Positions 1 to 12,602 of a stretch of 64,000 nucleotides of DNA are shown here, piece after piece (position 1 is the first letter of the stretch; each line of letters begins with the position of its first letter). The stretch lies in contig NIVC01002178.1 of assembly GCA_002269645.1 (NCBI GenBank), forward strand, positions 124,001 through 188,000, written 5' to 3'. The notes under the pieces were generated by a model. That model worked only from the letters and a program-made list of their open reading frames with translations. It searched no databases and was not told where the DNA came from. Both the position numbers and the translations under genes were made by a program. This stretch comes from Macrostomum lignano. Lineage: Eukaryota.

Positions 1-101
1 GAGCTGAGTGAGTGATCAGTGAGCTGAGTGAGTGATCAATGAGCTGAGTGAGTGATCAATGAGCTGAGTGAGTGATCAATGAGCTGAGTGAGTGATCAAT
101 G
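1..101. repeat. 20-bp minisatellite (GAGCTGAGTGAGTGATCAAT)n, truncated by window edge
   Basis: Five near-identical 20-bp units read directly. Confidence 0.95.
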
Positions 102-102
102 A

Positions 103-140
103 GGGTTAGGGTTAGGGTTAGGGTTAGGGTTATGGTTAGG
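103..140 (+). repeat. Short interstitial telomere-like repeat (TTAGGG)n
   Basis: Four perfect TTAGGG at 106-129 followed by TTATGG and TTAGG. Confidence 0.85.
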
Positions 141-415
141 AGAGAGAGAGAGAGTAACCAGTGAGTGGAGAGAGAGTTATCAGTGAGGGAAGAGAGTGAC
201 CAGTAAGGGGAGAGAGTGACCAGTGAGGGGAGATGGACCAGTAATAGGAGAGTGACTGGTAATAGGAGAGTGATCAGTGAGGGGAGAGAGTGACCAGTGA
301 GGGGAGAGTGACTTAGTAGTAGGAGAGTGATCAGTAATAGGAGAGTGACCAGTAATAGGAGAGTGACCAGTGAGGGGAGAGAGTGGCCAGTGAGGGAAGA
401 GAGTGACCAGTGAGC
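141..415. repeat. Degenerate ~19-20-bp purine-rich minisatellite (CAGTGAGGGGAGAGAGTGAC-like)
   Basis: Repeated agagtgaccagt core; explains ORF 180..422. Confidence 0.85.
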
Positions 416-1579
416 AGCTCAATTAATCAGCTCTCCCCCCCCCCCTCAGGACCGCATTGACGCCCGCAAATCTGGCGACTCTGAGGCGGTTGCAGCGGAT
501 ATTCGCTACTCAGCTGCCAGGCCTGGCGGTTCGGCCCAGGGTCGCTACTTCACCTAGTAGTGTAGCGAGCGTTTTCACTGTTATTTTGCATATAAATCAA
601 TAGGAGTGTTTTAATAAACCGTTGCAACAAATTCATAAGCCATACTCGAATTTTTCTACTATAAGTAGGCTGGCTAATAAGCAACATGCAGTAAAATCTA
701 TCTAATTGAATTGATTCGTATTTACTTATTCAGTCTTTCAATAGGAAATGCCATCTCATTCAAGAGAATTCTGTGCGCTGCAGTAAATGCAGCACTGCGA
801 TTTCTAATTGGTGTGTACCACAGATACTAGAATAATAACTAGATGGGCAGCTCAGCACATTTGCGTGTAAACTACTTTCAGTTCAGTAGTAGGTTAAACA
901 GAAGCATTTTAATGTATTTTTAAAGCCAAGGCTCGTTTATTAGCTCTTACCCCCCCCCCAGCCTAAACCCTTCCCAACCGCGCCTTTCCACACTACCCTG
1001 CCCCGCCCCACCCCAATTTTATTGCCTTTCTCGGAATTCCAGCCTAAATCTGCCATGTACATTTCAGTGGACTGGCTAATGTACATTATTGCTTGAACCA
1101 ATTAGCAAGCTGTTTACGCCTGCAAGCTTGGGCTTCTAAGCTTATCAAAGTCATTTCAGCTGCCTTTATTCTTATAAAATAGCTTATGTATTCTTCTTTG
1201 CTACTGAACTGAAAGTGGAAAGCTGTTTTTACTAAGTATATATGCCTGAGTTATTCTAGTATCTGTGGTGTGTACGATCGTAATCCAATCCATTAGCTGT
1301 AAGTTTGCAATCATGTCAATATTGTTATTCAGTAAAGCCTTCTCTCAAATATTCCGGTCTTAAGAACTTTGTCTTCTAAAGTACTGAATTGTGTTGTTTC
1401 CAGTTGCGTTTTTTGTTAGACACCATCTCAGTGTTTGATATTAATAATTAAGCTGCTAATATTTGCATGTCTTGATGCTGGCTTTGCATTGCTGTCTCAT
1501 TCCGGCAGCTGGCTTTTTGTTAACTTGTTAATTGACATCCAATTGATGCGTTTGCTCATTTAAATAGGCTGGAGTAAGT

Positions 1580-2010
1580 GAAAGAGTGACAAATCAGACT
1601 GAGAGAGTGACAGATCAGACTGAGAGAGTGACAGATCAGAGTGAGAGAGTGACAGGTAAGGCTGAGAGAGTGACAGGTCAGAGTGAGTGACAGATCAGAG
1701 AGAGTGACAGATCAGTGAGAGTGACAGATCAGAGAGAGTGACAGATCAGAGAGAGTGACAGATCAGAGTGAGTGACAAATCAGAGAGAGTGACAGATCAG
1801 AGATAGAGAGTGACAGATCAGAGAGAGTGACAGATCAGAGTGAGTGACAGATCAGAGTGAGTGACAGATCAGAGAGAGTGACAGATCAGAGAGAGTGACA
1901 GATCAGAGTGAGTGACAGATCATGGTGAACGACAGATCAGAGTGAGTGACAGATCATGGTGAGTGACAGATCAGAGTGAGTGACAGATCAGAGTGAGTGA
2001 GAGCTCAAAG
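1580..2010. repeat. 15-17-bp minisatellite (GAGTGACAGATCAGA[GA])n
   Basis: Tandem units visible directly. Confidence 0.9.
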
Positions 2011-2896
2011 TGACAGTAACAGAGTAGAGTAACAACGTGGCAGATTTTTCGGCGTGAAGACGGGAGAAAGGCTCGCACAAGAGCTGTAGTGAGCTTGTTG
2101 CAGAAGCTGATTAACACGGTTATTAAGCAGAAGAATGCCAGTATTTGCTTGTGCACGCGGGCCTCTGTCTACTTACTACAAATCGGTATATTTAGTTTCA
2201 CACACGATGCCATTAAAGAGGGGGACAACAGACAGGTTCAGCTGCTCAATGCTGACAAAAGTCAATTTTACAATACAATCTTGCATAAGAAGCAACCAGC
2301 TCGAGCTTATAACAGTTAGATGTGTGCAACTGCCGAGTGTACTAAAACATTGTTAGAAAAGTGCAAAACAAAACTGAGACAAATTGTTGTGCACTTGCAA
2401 ATTCTCTAAGCTAAACAGTCTGTTGTGCTTTCCAGAATTGTGCATTGCTATAAGGTAAAATACACAGAGGAACTGGGCCGAATTTAGTCCAAAGTTTGTC
2501 GAAAAACTGATTTGCTTAAATAGCTACTTCGGTGCAGAACATTGATTGATTCGATTTTCTTCTCTACTATAAGTAGCTTGACTGTACGGATTTTATGAAA
2601 ATAGAGGGCCGCTTAATGAACAATCGGAGCAATAGAGTTCTAAACTGCTTCATCAAGTTGTGGGGAGGGGGCTCCTTGGAGCACGAAGTACGCGTACTAA
2701 TACTTTGACAGCGCGATAAGGTTACGAAGATAGAAGCAGACCTGCAAACAGAAACTGACTAAGTCCTAATAGACCAAAAAGAGGACGAATGGACAAAGTT
2801 GATGCAAGTGTCACAACAAATAACAGCAATATGTGATGCTAAGCGAAATGACGGTTGCGTCTCCACTTGTGTTCCGACAGTGCAGCCAGTCACAGC

Positions 2897-3270
2897 TCAG
2901 TACACTTCCACGTGACTGCCACCGTAGGGATTGTCAGAGCCATCTCCCAGAAATTGCTGCTGCTGCTGCTGCTGCTGAGGCGGCGGCGGCAGCTGCGACT
3001 GCTGCTGCGAGAGAATCGGCGGCGGCGGCAGCGGGCCTCCAGCCGGCAGGAAGCCTCCGCTGGCCAGCGACATCGGCGGCGGCGGCACCCAGGCCAGACC
3101 GACTGCAGCAGCCGCAGCCGCCGCAGCTGCTGCCGCAGCCGCCGATGCTGACGAAGCAGCGGCTGAGGACGTCGGTGCGCCGGCAGCGGCGGCGGCGGCT
3201 CCCGGCGTGAGCTCCAGCAGTGTGGTCGACCCGTTGCCATAGTGATACTCGGAGCCGGAGTCCAGGTCGC
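2897..3270 (-). CDS. lhx3/4: Lhx3/4 LIM-homeobox gene, terminal coding exon (Ala/Pro/Gln-rich C-terminus)
   Basis: Acceptor ttattAG at 3272-3271. The phase-1 junction with the preceding exon keeps the frame (SDLDSGSEYHYGNG...polyA...PPPP...polyQ...HVEVY) to TGA at 2899-2897. Confidence 0.75.
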
Positions 3271-3283
3271 CTAATAATTTGAT

Positions 3284-3298
3284 TGGTTGATTGGTTGG

Positions 3299-3332
<34 letters not shown>

Positions 3333-3356
3333 AATTGATTGGTTGGTTGGTTGATT
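3284..3356. repeat. (GATT/GGTT)n microsatellite in last Lhx3/4 intron
   Basis: Tetranucleotide run next to the acceptor. Confidence 0.9.
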
Positions 3357-3444
3357 CGATAAATTCCATAGAGGAATTCGGGTTACACTACTGCGAGAAG
3401 TAAAAAGTAACGGATTTTGATGGTTAATAAAAGCGACGGCTCAC

Positions 3445-3608
3445 TCTGGTAGGACATGTCATGCGGGTCGTTGCTGATTTGATCGTCGCTGCCGATGTCG
3501 CTCTCGCCGACGCCTTTGCCGCCGGGACTTTTGCCACCGCCGATGCCGCGAAAATACGGGCTCCAGCGCTGCCTACCGGCGTCCTTCTTCAGGCGCTTCT
3601 CCTTGGCG
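3445..3608 (-). CDS. lhx3/4: Lhx3/4 exon: end of homeodomain and LIM3-specific segment (R-AKEKRLKKDAGRQRWSPYFR)
   Basis: AKEKRLKKDAGRQRW is characteristic of Lhx3/Lhx4. Acceptor cAG at 3610-3609, donor GTGAGC at 3444; phases 2 and 1 fit the neighbouring exons. Confidence 0.92.
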
Positions 3609-3760
3609 CTGCGGGTGGCAGGGTGGATGAGATTTTCGATGTGGCAAAGCGGATTGAGGAGATGAGAGAAGGGGAGGATGGGAGGATGGGATGATGGGAG
3701 GATGGGATGATGGGAGGATAGGAAGATGGGGATGATGGGATGTGCTGTCTCGTCGCTCAC

Positions 3761-3938
3761 CGCCTGTTCTGGAACCAGACTTGGACCACTCGCATGTCCA
3801 GCCCGGTCTCCGAGCTGAGCTGCTCCCGGATGTGCCTGGCCGGCTTGGAGGACTCATTGTAGGCCCGCTTGAGGGCTTCCAGCTGCTTGGCCGCGATGGT
3901 CGTGCGGGGCCGCTTGCTGCCGGACTCCAGCTCGGCCT
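3761..3938 (-). CDS. lhx3/4: Lhx3/4 homeodomain exon
   Basis: Translates [60 protein letters not shown], the Lhx3/4-type homeodomain. Acceptor AG at 3940-3939, donor GTGAGC at 3760. Confidence 0.96.
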
Positions 3939-4129
3939 CTGGGGATGCGGGCGGCGGAAAAGGAGGTCCGTTTTTTGGGGATTCTCTGGGATTTCGAACT
4001 AGCTATAGCAGGATAATCCTGATTGGTTTTTTTCAATAAAGGCTACCGAATTTTTTGGCTTCTAAGATTTCTAAAATTTTTATTTTTATTCTTCAATTTG
4101 CAAAATCCGTTAGTTTTGATGGGAATCTT

Positions 4130-4626
4130 GAATTTCTATGGGAAACTGGGGAGTTTCTATGGGAAACTGGGAAGTTCCAATGGAATCTGAGGGGAATTTC
4201 AATGGGGATCTGAGGGAATTTCCATAGGGATCTGAGGGAATTTCAATGGGGATCTGAGGGAATTTCGATGGGGATCTGAGGGAATTTCAATGGGGATCTG
4301 AGGGAATTTCAATGGGGATCTGAGGGAATTTCAATGGGGATCTGAGGGAATTTCAATGGGATCTGAGGGAATTTCAATTCGGATCTGAGGGAATTTCAAT
4401 GGGGATCTGAGGGAATTTCAATGGGGATCTGAGGGAGTCTCAATGGGATCTGAGGGTGTCTCCATGGGATCTGAGAGAGTTTCAATGGGGATCTGAGGGA
4501 ATTTCAATGGGGATCTGAGGGAGCTTCAATGGGGATCTGAGGGAATTTCAATGGGGATCTGAGGGAATTTCAATGGGGATCTGAGGGAATTTCGATGGGA
4601 TCTGAGGGAATTTCATTAGGGATCTG
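4130..4626. repeat. 22-bp minisatellite (GGGGATCTGAGGGAATTTCAAT)n in Lhx3/4 intron
   Basis: About 20 tandem units. Confidence 0.95.
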
Positions 4627-4641
4627 ACGCACGTCTCTCAC

Positions 4642-5013
4642 CCCTGGATTTGGCCGCCTCGTAGTCCTGCTTGCACATGAGCTTCTTGTCCTCCAGCAGG
4701 TAGAACTCATCTCCAGTGTTCAGCTGCCGGGCGCAGGTCTGGCAGGCGAAGCAGGCCAGGTGGTAAACGCTGTCCCCGGCCTTGCGGATCACCTGAGCCG
4801 GCGGGATGCCCTCGTTGCAGCCCGAGCACTTGGTGCCGAAACGGCGGAAGAAGTCGGCCTTGCACAGCAGCAGGCTGTCCTTGGTGAAGCACTTGCTGGT
4901 CAGGGGCGCCTTGCAGTCGGCGCAGCGAAGGCAGCGCGAGTGCCAGCAGCGCTCCAGGACGCGCAGGATCACCCGGTCCAGGATTCGCTCGTTGCAGCCG
5001 CCGCAGAACGGAG
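4642..5013 (-). CDS. lhx3/4: Lhx3/4 exon encoding both LIM domains
   Basis: [33 protein letters not shown]...[65 protein letters not shown]: two LIM zinc-finger domains with Lhx3/4 signature residues. Acceptor ctcAG at 5015-5014, donor GTGAGA at 4641; 372 bp, phase 1/1. Confidence 0.96.
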
Positions 5014-5049
5014 CTGAGAGAGGGGCGGGGCCGGTTGCGGGTGTGTGAG

Positions 5050-5665
5050 AGTCTGATCTAATCTAGTTAGTGTCTGATCTCACCTAGCTAGTGTCTGATC
5101 TCACCTAGCTAGTGTCTGATCTCACCTAGCTAGTGTCTGATCTCACCTAGCCAGTGTCTGATCTCACCTAGTTAGTGTCTGATCTCACCTAGCTAGTGTC
5201 TGATCTCACCTAGCTAGTGTCTGATCTTACCTAGCTAGTGTCTGATCTCACCTAGTTAGTGTCTGATCTCACCTAGTTAGTGTCTGATCTCACCTAGCTA
5301 GTGTCTGATCTCACCTATTTTGTGTCCAATCTCACCCAGTAAAGTGTCTGATCTCATCCAGTTAAGTGTCTAATCTCATCCAGTTAAGTGTCTAGTCTCA
5401 TTCAGTTAAGTGTCTGATCTCAACCAGTTAAATGTCTAATTTCATCCAGTTAAGTGTCTAATCTCACCCAGTTAAGTGTCTAATCTCATCCAGTAAAGTG
5501 TCTGATGTCATCCAGTTAAGTGTCTGATCTCATCTAGTTAAGTGTCTGATCTCATCTAGTTAAGTGTCTGATCTCATCCAGTTAAGTGTCTGATCTCATC
5601 CAGTAAAGTGTCTAATCTCATCCAGTTTAGTGTCTAATCTCCTCCAGCTGAGTGTCTGATCTCAC
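5050..5665. repeat. 21-bp minisatellite (GTGTCTGATCTCACCTAGCTA)n with a diverged second half
   Basis: Tandem units visible directly. Confidence 0.93.
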
Positions 5666-6589
5666 CCTGTTAGTGTCCAATCCCAATTTAACTGAGACAC
5701 TTGAATCGAAACGGGATGCAACCCTTCGCTCACCTGACCCCCTGCCGGCTCGCTGCCCGGATGCGGGAGCAAATCCGCCTGGTCCTCTCCATCCCCTATC
5801 GAATCCCAGGTATAGGGAGGAAATATGGATGAAAAAGAGTCCAGCGCGACCCCGGGCGTTCTGGGGGGGGGATTTGGGGATAAATTCTCTGTATAAGCTT
5901 GACCGCAGCGGGAGCTCAATAAAAATATAAAAACTTCCATTCCCAGTCTGATCCACCTCTCCCCGGACCAGAGCTAACTCAATTATCCAGTCCAGCCTCC
6001 CATAATTCTGTCTCTCTCAGATGGCGGGGTTGGATAAAAAAGGGCCTGGCAGCAGCTACCCAACCACTTTGCTCACTTTGAGTCCGCTGCTCAACTCAAA
6101 CTCATCTGCCCGGTGGAGAACAATAGCATAGGCACGGGGCAGGTCATCGGTAGCTTTGATCCGTTGCGGCCTCTACAGTCTCTCAAAGCTTGCCCATCAG
6201 TTACCGGAAGGTAGCCCGTGGCGGTCGGTCCCCTCTCATGCTTAACCCGATCTGCGTTAACACATTGACAGGCCAATAACAGTCAGCTATGGGGTTTGCT
6301 GCGCTGACTCTGCAATTGTCTTTTTGGCTCGGTGACGAATGCTTGCAGACAGGCCGTCAGCATCGGGTTTACAGCCGCCGCCTCTAGTGAACAGCGGCGG
6401 TTACATTATAGAGATTGGTGTACACTTTTGCTGATTGGAGCTCTACATAGCGACATTGAAAGGAAGATTTTAGTAGTTAGTGTAGAAAGATTTTCGGAAT
6501 GACAATCAGAAATTGGTTGGGTAAATGCAGATTGGATGAATAGAATGTCAGATAAGCAGGGGTAGTTTCGCAGATTGGGGGGGGGGGTA

Positions 6590-7390
6590 GAATCGACGAT
6601 TGGAGGGTAGAATTGCAGATTGGAGAGTAGAATCGCAGATTGGAGGGTAGAGTCGTAGATTGGAGGGTAGAATCGCAGATTGGAGGGTAGAATCGCAGAT
6701 TGGAGGGTAAAATCGCAGATTGAAGAGGTAGAATCGCAGATTGGAAGGGTAGAATCGCAGATTGGAGGGTAGAATCCCAGATTGAAGAGGTAGAATCGCA
6801 GATTGAAGTGGTAAAGTCGCAGATTGAAGAGGTAGATTTGCAGATTGGAAGGTAGAATCGCAGATTGGAGGGTAGAATCGCAGATTGAAGAGGTAGAATC
6901 GCAGATTGGAGGGTAGAATCGCAGATTGAAGAGGTAGAATCGCGGATTGGAAGGTAGAATCGCAGATTGAAGAGGTAGAATCGCAGATTGGAGGGTAGAA
7001 TCGCAGATTGGAAGGTAGAATCGCAGATTGAAGAGGTAGAATCGCAGATTGGAAAGTAGAATCGCATATCGGAAGGTAGAATTGCAGATTGGAAGGTAGA
7101 ATTTCTGATTGGAGGGTAGAATTGCTGATTGGAGGGTAGAATTGCTGATTGGAGGGTAGAATTGCTGATTGGAAGGTAGAATCGCAGATTGGAAGGTAGA
7201 ATCGCTGATTGGAGGGTAGAATTGCTGATTGGAAGGTAGAATCGCATATCGGAAGGTAGAATTGCAGATTGGAAGGTAGAATTGCAGATTGGAAGGTAGA
7301 ATTGCAGATTGGAAGGTAGAATTGCAGATTGGAAGGTAGAATTGCTGATTGGAGGGTAGAATCGCATACTGGAGGGGTAGAATCGCAGAA
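6590..7390. repeat. 20-21-bp minisatellite (GTAGAATCGCAGATTGGAGG)n
   Basis: Tandem units; explains ORFs 6406..7455 and 6477..7418. Confidence 0.95.
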
Positions 7391-8894
7391 ATAGAAACCT
7401 GTTTATGAGGGAGCACAAGCTGAGCTCTGAGTCGCAGAAATTTGAGTGCAGTCAAGCAGAAACAAATCAGAAACTAATTTGCTATCCCGCAGAAACAGTA
7501 GACATTTTCTCCTGCAGTTCCCGGAAACTGAGAATCTTCATCAAATCCAGTCAGTATTCCCAGGTGAATCGCCGTGCCAGCCCGCTAACCGGCTGTCCTC
7601 TTCATCATCATCAGTCGCAGGATTCCCCGTTTCTGAGCCAAGATTGCAGTTGCACGCCACGCAGCTCGGGGGATTAAAAGACTCGCCGCAGATTAAAGAT
7701 GGGAGAAAAGCGCTCATCGCACCCCCTCCTTCGCCTGCCAGCCACCTTGGGGAAGATTTCTAATCGGGAAGACGCTGCGTTTCAAGCGAAACCTGCCCTC
7801 CACCGGCCATCTGGCATCTCTGTAAGCCTCGCCTTACTAAGAAGCTGACAAGGAAGCCACTTAACCGATTTAAACCGCAAAGCAGTTGAGTATTTTTATT
7901 AAAAAGTAAACTGGGTTTTCACAACCGGTTTAGAGATGCGAAAGAGCGAGCGATGTCTGCCAACCCAGGCCATCTCGATCTCTTCTATGCTCAAAGCAAA
8001 CAGTGCGCTAAAAACCTCCAACCCGCCCAGTGATTTTCACCTCTCCCTGACCAAGCAAATATGGCCCGGGCATGCAGGCTTCATCACAGGATCCGTGAGC
8101 TCTGGTGTTAGCATGGTGGCCGTATGGTGATATTATTATTTTTTCCTTAGTCAAATATGGCTCTGTGAACGCGTGCCCAACCCGCGCGGGGGCACCTTCA
8201 GTCATTGATCAAATATTGATGCCTATCTGGGCTCCTGTTACAGTGAAACATTTGGGTCTGGGGGGCCCAGCAGAATGCAGTACCCGTATATGGAATCGCT
8301 CCCTCACTCTCGCTCTCATCGCGGGTCAGGTTGTTGGCCTAAATTTTCAATAGAGGAACACGGGCACTTGCTGCTTCTACTGCCCCTGCTGCCCCTGCTC
8401 TCACTTTCATCTCTGCTTCTATTCTAGTGCTTTGGAGTTAAATTGAAGCTGTTGCATGTGTCAAGAGGAAGTCTATAGCTAGGCGGGTTTTTCTACACCC
8501 CAAATATCCCCTTACTCTCAGATCCCCTGAGTCAGCTGAAGACTCTGGGGGGGGTTTGCTTTTAACTGTTGCAACTTTTTATGAGTTTTCCAGCGCTTTG
8601 CTAGATGGAGATCAGCTGCAGGGACCCTCCCGGCACTTAATGGAGCTGCTTGACAGAATCACTTAAGCTGCTGGTCACGCGCCCACAAATTTAAAGCAAT
8701 ATATATTTTTTTCCAAAGCCGAGAGATAATCTCGCGAACGAAAAGTTTTAATTAGTGCAGATGCGGGGGGATTTAGTCACAGCTAAACTGTGACGGATAA
8801 TATTCAGAATATTTATAGCACACTGATATGGGAATAAAATACACTGTTGATTGATGATTGCAATGCATTTCCTAGCATATCTTCAGATCCCTTA

Positions 8895-9810
8895 CCCATG
8901 TGTGATCCCTATCTACCTGTGTGATCCCTCTATACTTGTGTGATCCCTATCTACCTGTGTGATCCCTCTTTATACCTGTGTGATTCCTCTCTATACCTGT
9001 GTGATCCCTATCTACCTGTGTGATCCCTCTATACCTGTGTGATCCCTATCTACCTGTGTGATCCCTCTATACCTGTGTGATCCCTCTCTACCTGTGTGAT
9101 CCCTCTATACCTGTGTGATTCCTATCTACCTGTGTGATCCCTCTATACCTGTGTGATCCCTATCTACCTGTGTGATCCCTCTATACCTGTGTGATCCCTC
9201 TCTACCTGTGTGATCCCTCTATACCTGTGTGATCCCTATCTACCTGTGTGATCCCTCTATACCTGTGTGATCCCTCTCTACCTGTGTGATCCCTCTATAC
9301 CTGTGTGATCCCTATCTACCTGTGTGATCCCTCTATACTTGTGTGATCCCTCTATACCTGTGTGATCCCTATTTACCTGTGTGATCCCTCTATACTTGTG
9401 TGATCCCTATTTACCTGTGTGATCCCTCTATATTTGTGTGATCCCTATTTACCTGTGTGATCCCTCTCTATACCTGTGTGATCCCTCTCTATACCTGTGT
9501 GATCCCTCTCTATACCTGTGTGATCCCCCTCTATACCTGTGTGATCCCTCTCTATACCTGTGTGATCCCTCTCTATACCTGTGTGATTCCTAACTACCTG
9601 TGTGATCCCTCTCTATACCTGTGTGATCCCTCTCTATACCTGTGTGATCCCTCTTTATACCTGTGTGATCCCTCTCTATACCTGTGTGATCCCTCTCTAT
9701 ACCTGTGTGATTCCTATCTACCTGTGTGATCCCTCTATACCTGTGTGATCCCTCTCTATACCTGTGTGGTCCTTCTGTACCCGTGTGATCGCTCAATCCT
9801 GTGTGACCCC
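8895..9810. repeat. 19-21-bp minisatellite (CCTGTGTGATCCCTCTATA)n
   Basis: More than 40 tandem units. Confidence 0.95.
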
Positions 9811-9856
9811 CCTAATCTCTTTCTGTGCTATCCCCCAGCACGCATAATCCTCTCAC

Positions 9857-9953
9857 CTTCAGTGATCCTGGCCAGCGGGCCACCCCTGGAGGCAGTCGAC
9901 CCGGTGGCTTCCAGCTGCTGCAGCTGCGGCTCCACCGGACTCGGTTCGCTCAT
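9857..9953 (-). CDS. lhx3/4: Probable first coding exon of Lhx3/4 (MSEPSPVEPQLQQLEATGSTASRGGPLARITE)
   Basis: ATG at 9953. Strong donor GAAG|GTGAGA at 9856 with phase 1, matching the LIM exon acceptor, and GC-rich codons. The joined five-exon CDS is 1185 nt (394 aa). No homology support for this exon. Confidence 0.55.
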
Positions 9954-10165
9954 GCTGAAGTCCTCCGCGCTGCAGATGTCTGCCTGCTCAAAGTCTGACA
10001 ATCGCTGCTCTAGCTCGATCGGGAAAATGATCCCCACTCAGATTTTAACGGCCCAGCTCTGGCGGGAGACGCGGGAAAAAAATTGGGAGGGGAGGCAGGC
10101 AGGATTGAGACCGGGGATCTGGTGAGGGAGCTGGGATTGGCTCCGCGCCTCCTTGCTGCCAGGCT

Positions 10166-10175
10166 GGCCAATCAG
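10166..10175. promoter_or_regulatory. CCAAT box (GGCCAATCAG) upstream of Lhx3/4
   Basis: NF-Y-type consensus about 220 bp upstream of the putative ATG. Confidence 0.35.
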
Positions 10176-10419
10176 TGCGAAAAATCTCCTAGCCAGCTGC
10201 TGAAATCAGTCACTTCTGAAACAGGGAAATTTTTCAATTTGCAAAATGGGATGAAATCCTCAGAAGCAACCCGAGGCAAAAGGCATTGAGGAGAGTTGGA
10301 AAACAGAGCCGGAGCGAAATGGGAGCGACAGGAGGGGGGAAAGTGCGTTCAGAAGACGTAGAAAAGGCAGAGGAGAGGAACGAGGGTATATAAGAGAAAG
10401 ATTAAAGATCCAATATTAG

Positions 10420-10621
10420 AGGAGATGAGAGAAGACAGAAGAGAGAAGAGAGAAGAGAGATAATAGAAGAGAGAAGAGAGAAGAGAGAAGAGAGAAGAGA
10501 GAAGAGAGAAAATAGAAGAGAGAAGAGAGAAGAGAGAAGAAAGGAGAGAGGAGAGAGTAGAGAGGAGAGAGAAGAGAGAAGAGAGGAGAGAGAAGAGAGA
10601 AAATAGAATAGAGAGGAGAGA

Positions 10622-10652
<31 letters not shown>

Positions 10653-11070
10653 GAGTAGAGAAGAGAAAAGAGAGAAGAGAGAAGAGAGATGAGAGAAGAG
10701 AGATGAGAGAAGAGAGAAGAGAGAAGATGGAAGAGAGAAGAGAGAAGAGAGAAGAGAGGAGAGAGGCGAGAGAAGAGAGAAGAGAGGCGAGAGAAGAGAG
10801 AAGAGAGGAGAGAGGCGAGAGAAGAGAGAAGAGAGGCGAGAGAAGAGAGAAGAGAGGAGAGAGAAGATAGAAGAGAGGAGAGAGAGGAGAGAAGAGAGAA
10901 GAGAGAAGAGAGAAGAGAGGAGAGAGAAGATAGAAGAGAGGAGAGAGAGGAGAGAAGAGAGAAGAGAGAAGAGAGAAGAGAGAAGAGAGAAGAGAGGAGA
11001 GAGAAGAGAGAAGAGAGGAGAGAGGAGAGAGTAGAGAGAAGAGAGAAAAGAGAAGAGAAGAGAGATAAGA
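10420..11070. repeat. Purine-only (GAGAAGA)n-type simple repeat
   Basis: AG-only low-complexity tract; explains the Leu/Ser/Phe ORFs. Confidence 0.95.
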
Positions 11071-11554
11071 GAATGCAAGAACGGCAGTCACAGTTTCATG
11101 ATACAAAACATTATCAAATTACGCTCGCATCAGCAGACCCGAGCAAAAGTCGGGGAAAAACAGGCGGGGCAAGTCAAGTGGGACCCCATGAGCAAATTAT
11201 TCGGGCAGTTGGTGCAACATGAGCCCTCAGCCAGGGCTGGTAATGTTTGCAGAAAAGATGTACATAGCTATAGGTTATTGGGTGCTTGTTAACAGTTCGG
11301 CTGTCTGAGTGGCTCCTATGTTTACATTGTCCGGAATCTGTCCATCACTCCCTGCCCTTTGCTTGTCGTTTCTTTCAGCCAATTTTAATTAAATTAAATT
11401 TTTTATTCGGCAAATTTCAATAACATGCTGGACTCAGTGCATGAGTCTGTCTTGAATGCACTGCTAAGATTGACTTTCTAGAATTTTTTGTTGATACCTG
11501 GCAGTCTTCTACCAGGAGCAATCAAAATATATTGATGTCCTAATCGGCAGATAC

Positions 11555-12065
11555 GGACAGTGAGATAGACAGACAGACAGTGAGATAGACAGACAGTGAG
11601 ATAGGCAGACAGTGAGATAGACAGACAGTGAGATAGACAGACAGTGAGATAGACAGACAGTGAGATAGACAGACAGACAGTGAGATAGACAGACAGTGAG
11701 ATAGACAGACAGTGGGACAGACAGTGAGATAGACAGACAGTGGGACAGACAGTGAGATAGACAGACAGTGAGATAGACAGACAGTGGGACAGACAGTGAG
11801 ATAGACAGACAGTGGGACAGACAGTGAGATAGACAGACAGTGAGATAGGCAGACAGTGAGATAGACAGACAGTGAGATAGACAGACAGTGAGATAGACAG
11901 ACAGTGAGACAGACAGTGAGATAGACAGACAGTGAGATAGACAGACAGTGAGATAGACAGACAGTGAGATAGACAGACAGTGAGACAGACAGTGAGATAG
12001 ACAGACAGTGAGATAGACAGACAGTGAGACAGACAGTGAGATAGACAGACAGTGAGATAGACAGA
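11555..12065. repeat. 10/16-bp minisatellite (GACAGTGAGATAGACA)n
   Basis: Tandem units visible directly. Confidence 0.95.
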
Positions 12066-12444
12066 TATTAACATAATTCCACCGGCAAGATGCAGTCGCG
12101 ACAGACAGGCAGCTCAAGATCACTAAAAAGATATTAGTAATAGCAAATGATGCGGCCGGCTCAGTGACTGAAGCCTTGCGACCCAATCTCCGCTTAATTA
12201 ACACGTATATCTCTCGCTCTCATCTCCGCGTATCCAAGGCCGGCCTCGGGGATTTTTATCAGGCAAGGGAGTTTTTTATCCGCATTTTAACTTTTAACTT
12301 ATCCCATGCGTGCAATAAAACACGCCTTCACCGCCTCCCCCCTCCCAGCCGCAGAAATGAAGACCCACTCGGCTCTTTACATGGCGGTCGCAAGCCAAAG
12401 ATCTGGGCATGGGAAACGGAGCTCCGGCTAATAGGCATCCAGAG

Positions 12445-12602
12445 CGGGGGTCCAAGGGGTCAAAGGGGGTCAAGGGTTGTCAAGGAAGGGGTCCAGGGGG
12501 ACAAGGGGGTCAAGGGTGGCAAGGGTGGTAAAGGGGGGTCAAGTAAGGGGTCGATGGAGCGGTTAAGAGGGGTCAAGGGGGTCAAGGGGGTCAAGGGGGT
12601 CA
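12445..12602. repeat. 9-bp G-rich repeat (GGGGTCAAG)n
   Basis: Degenerate tandem units. Confidence 0.75.

Noticed and set aside
540-575. Hairpin CGCTAC…GTAGCG enclosing CTAG, loosely similar to 23545-23565 (possible Helitron end)
   Set aside because: The CTAG lies inside the loop rather than downstream of the hairpin, and no matching 5' end was found.
6406-7455. Long ORFs here and in the other arrays (10402, 11478, 13110, 17838, 19242, 20943, 25584, 34092, 48297, 54176, 57086 etc.)
   Set aside because: All are translations of tandem repeats that lack stop codons in some frames.
7541-7717. 58-aa minus-strand ORF (MSAFLPSLICGE…DDDEEDSRL…) in the Lhx3/4 intron, as an alternative first exon
   Set aside because: No phase-1 GT donor compatible with the LIM exon, and no recognisable homology.
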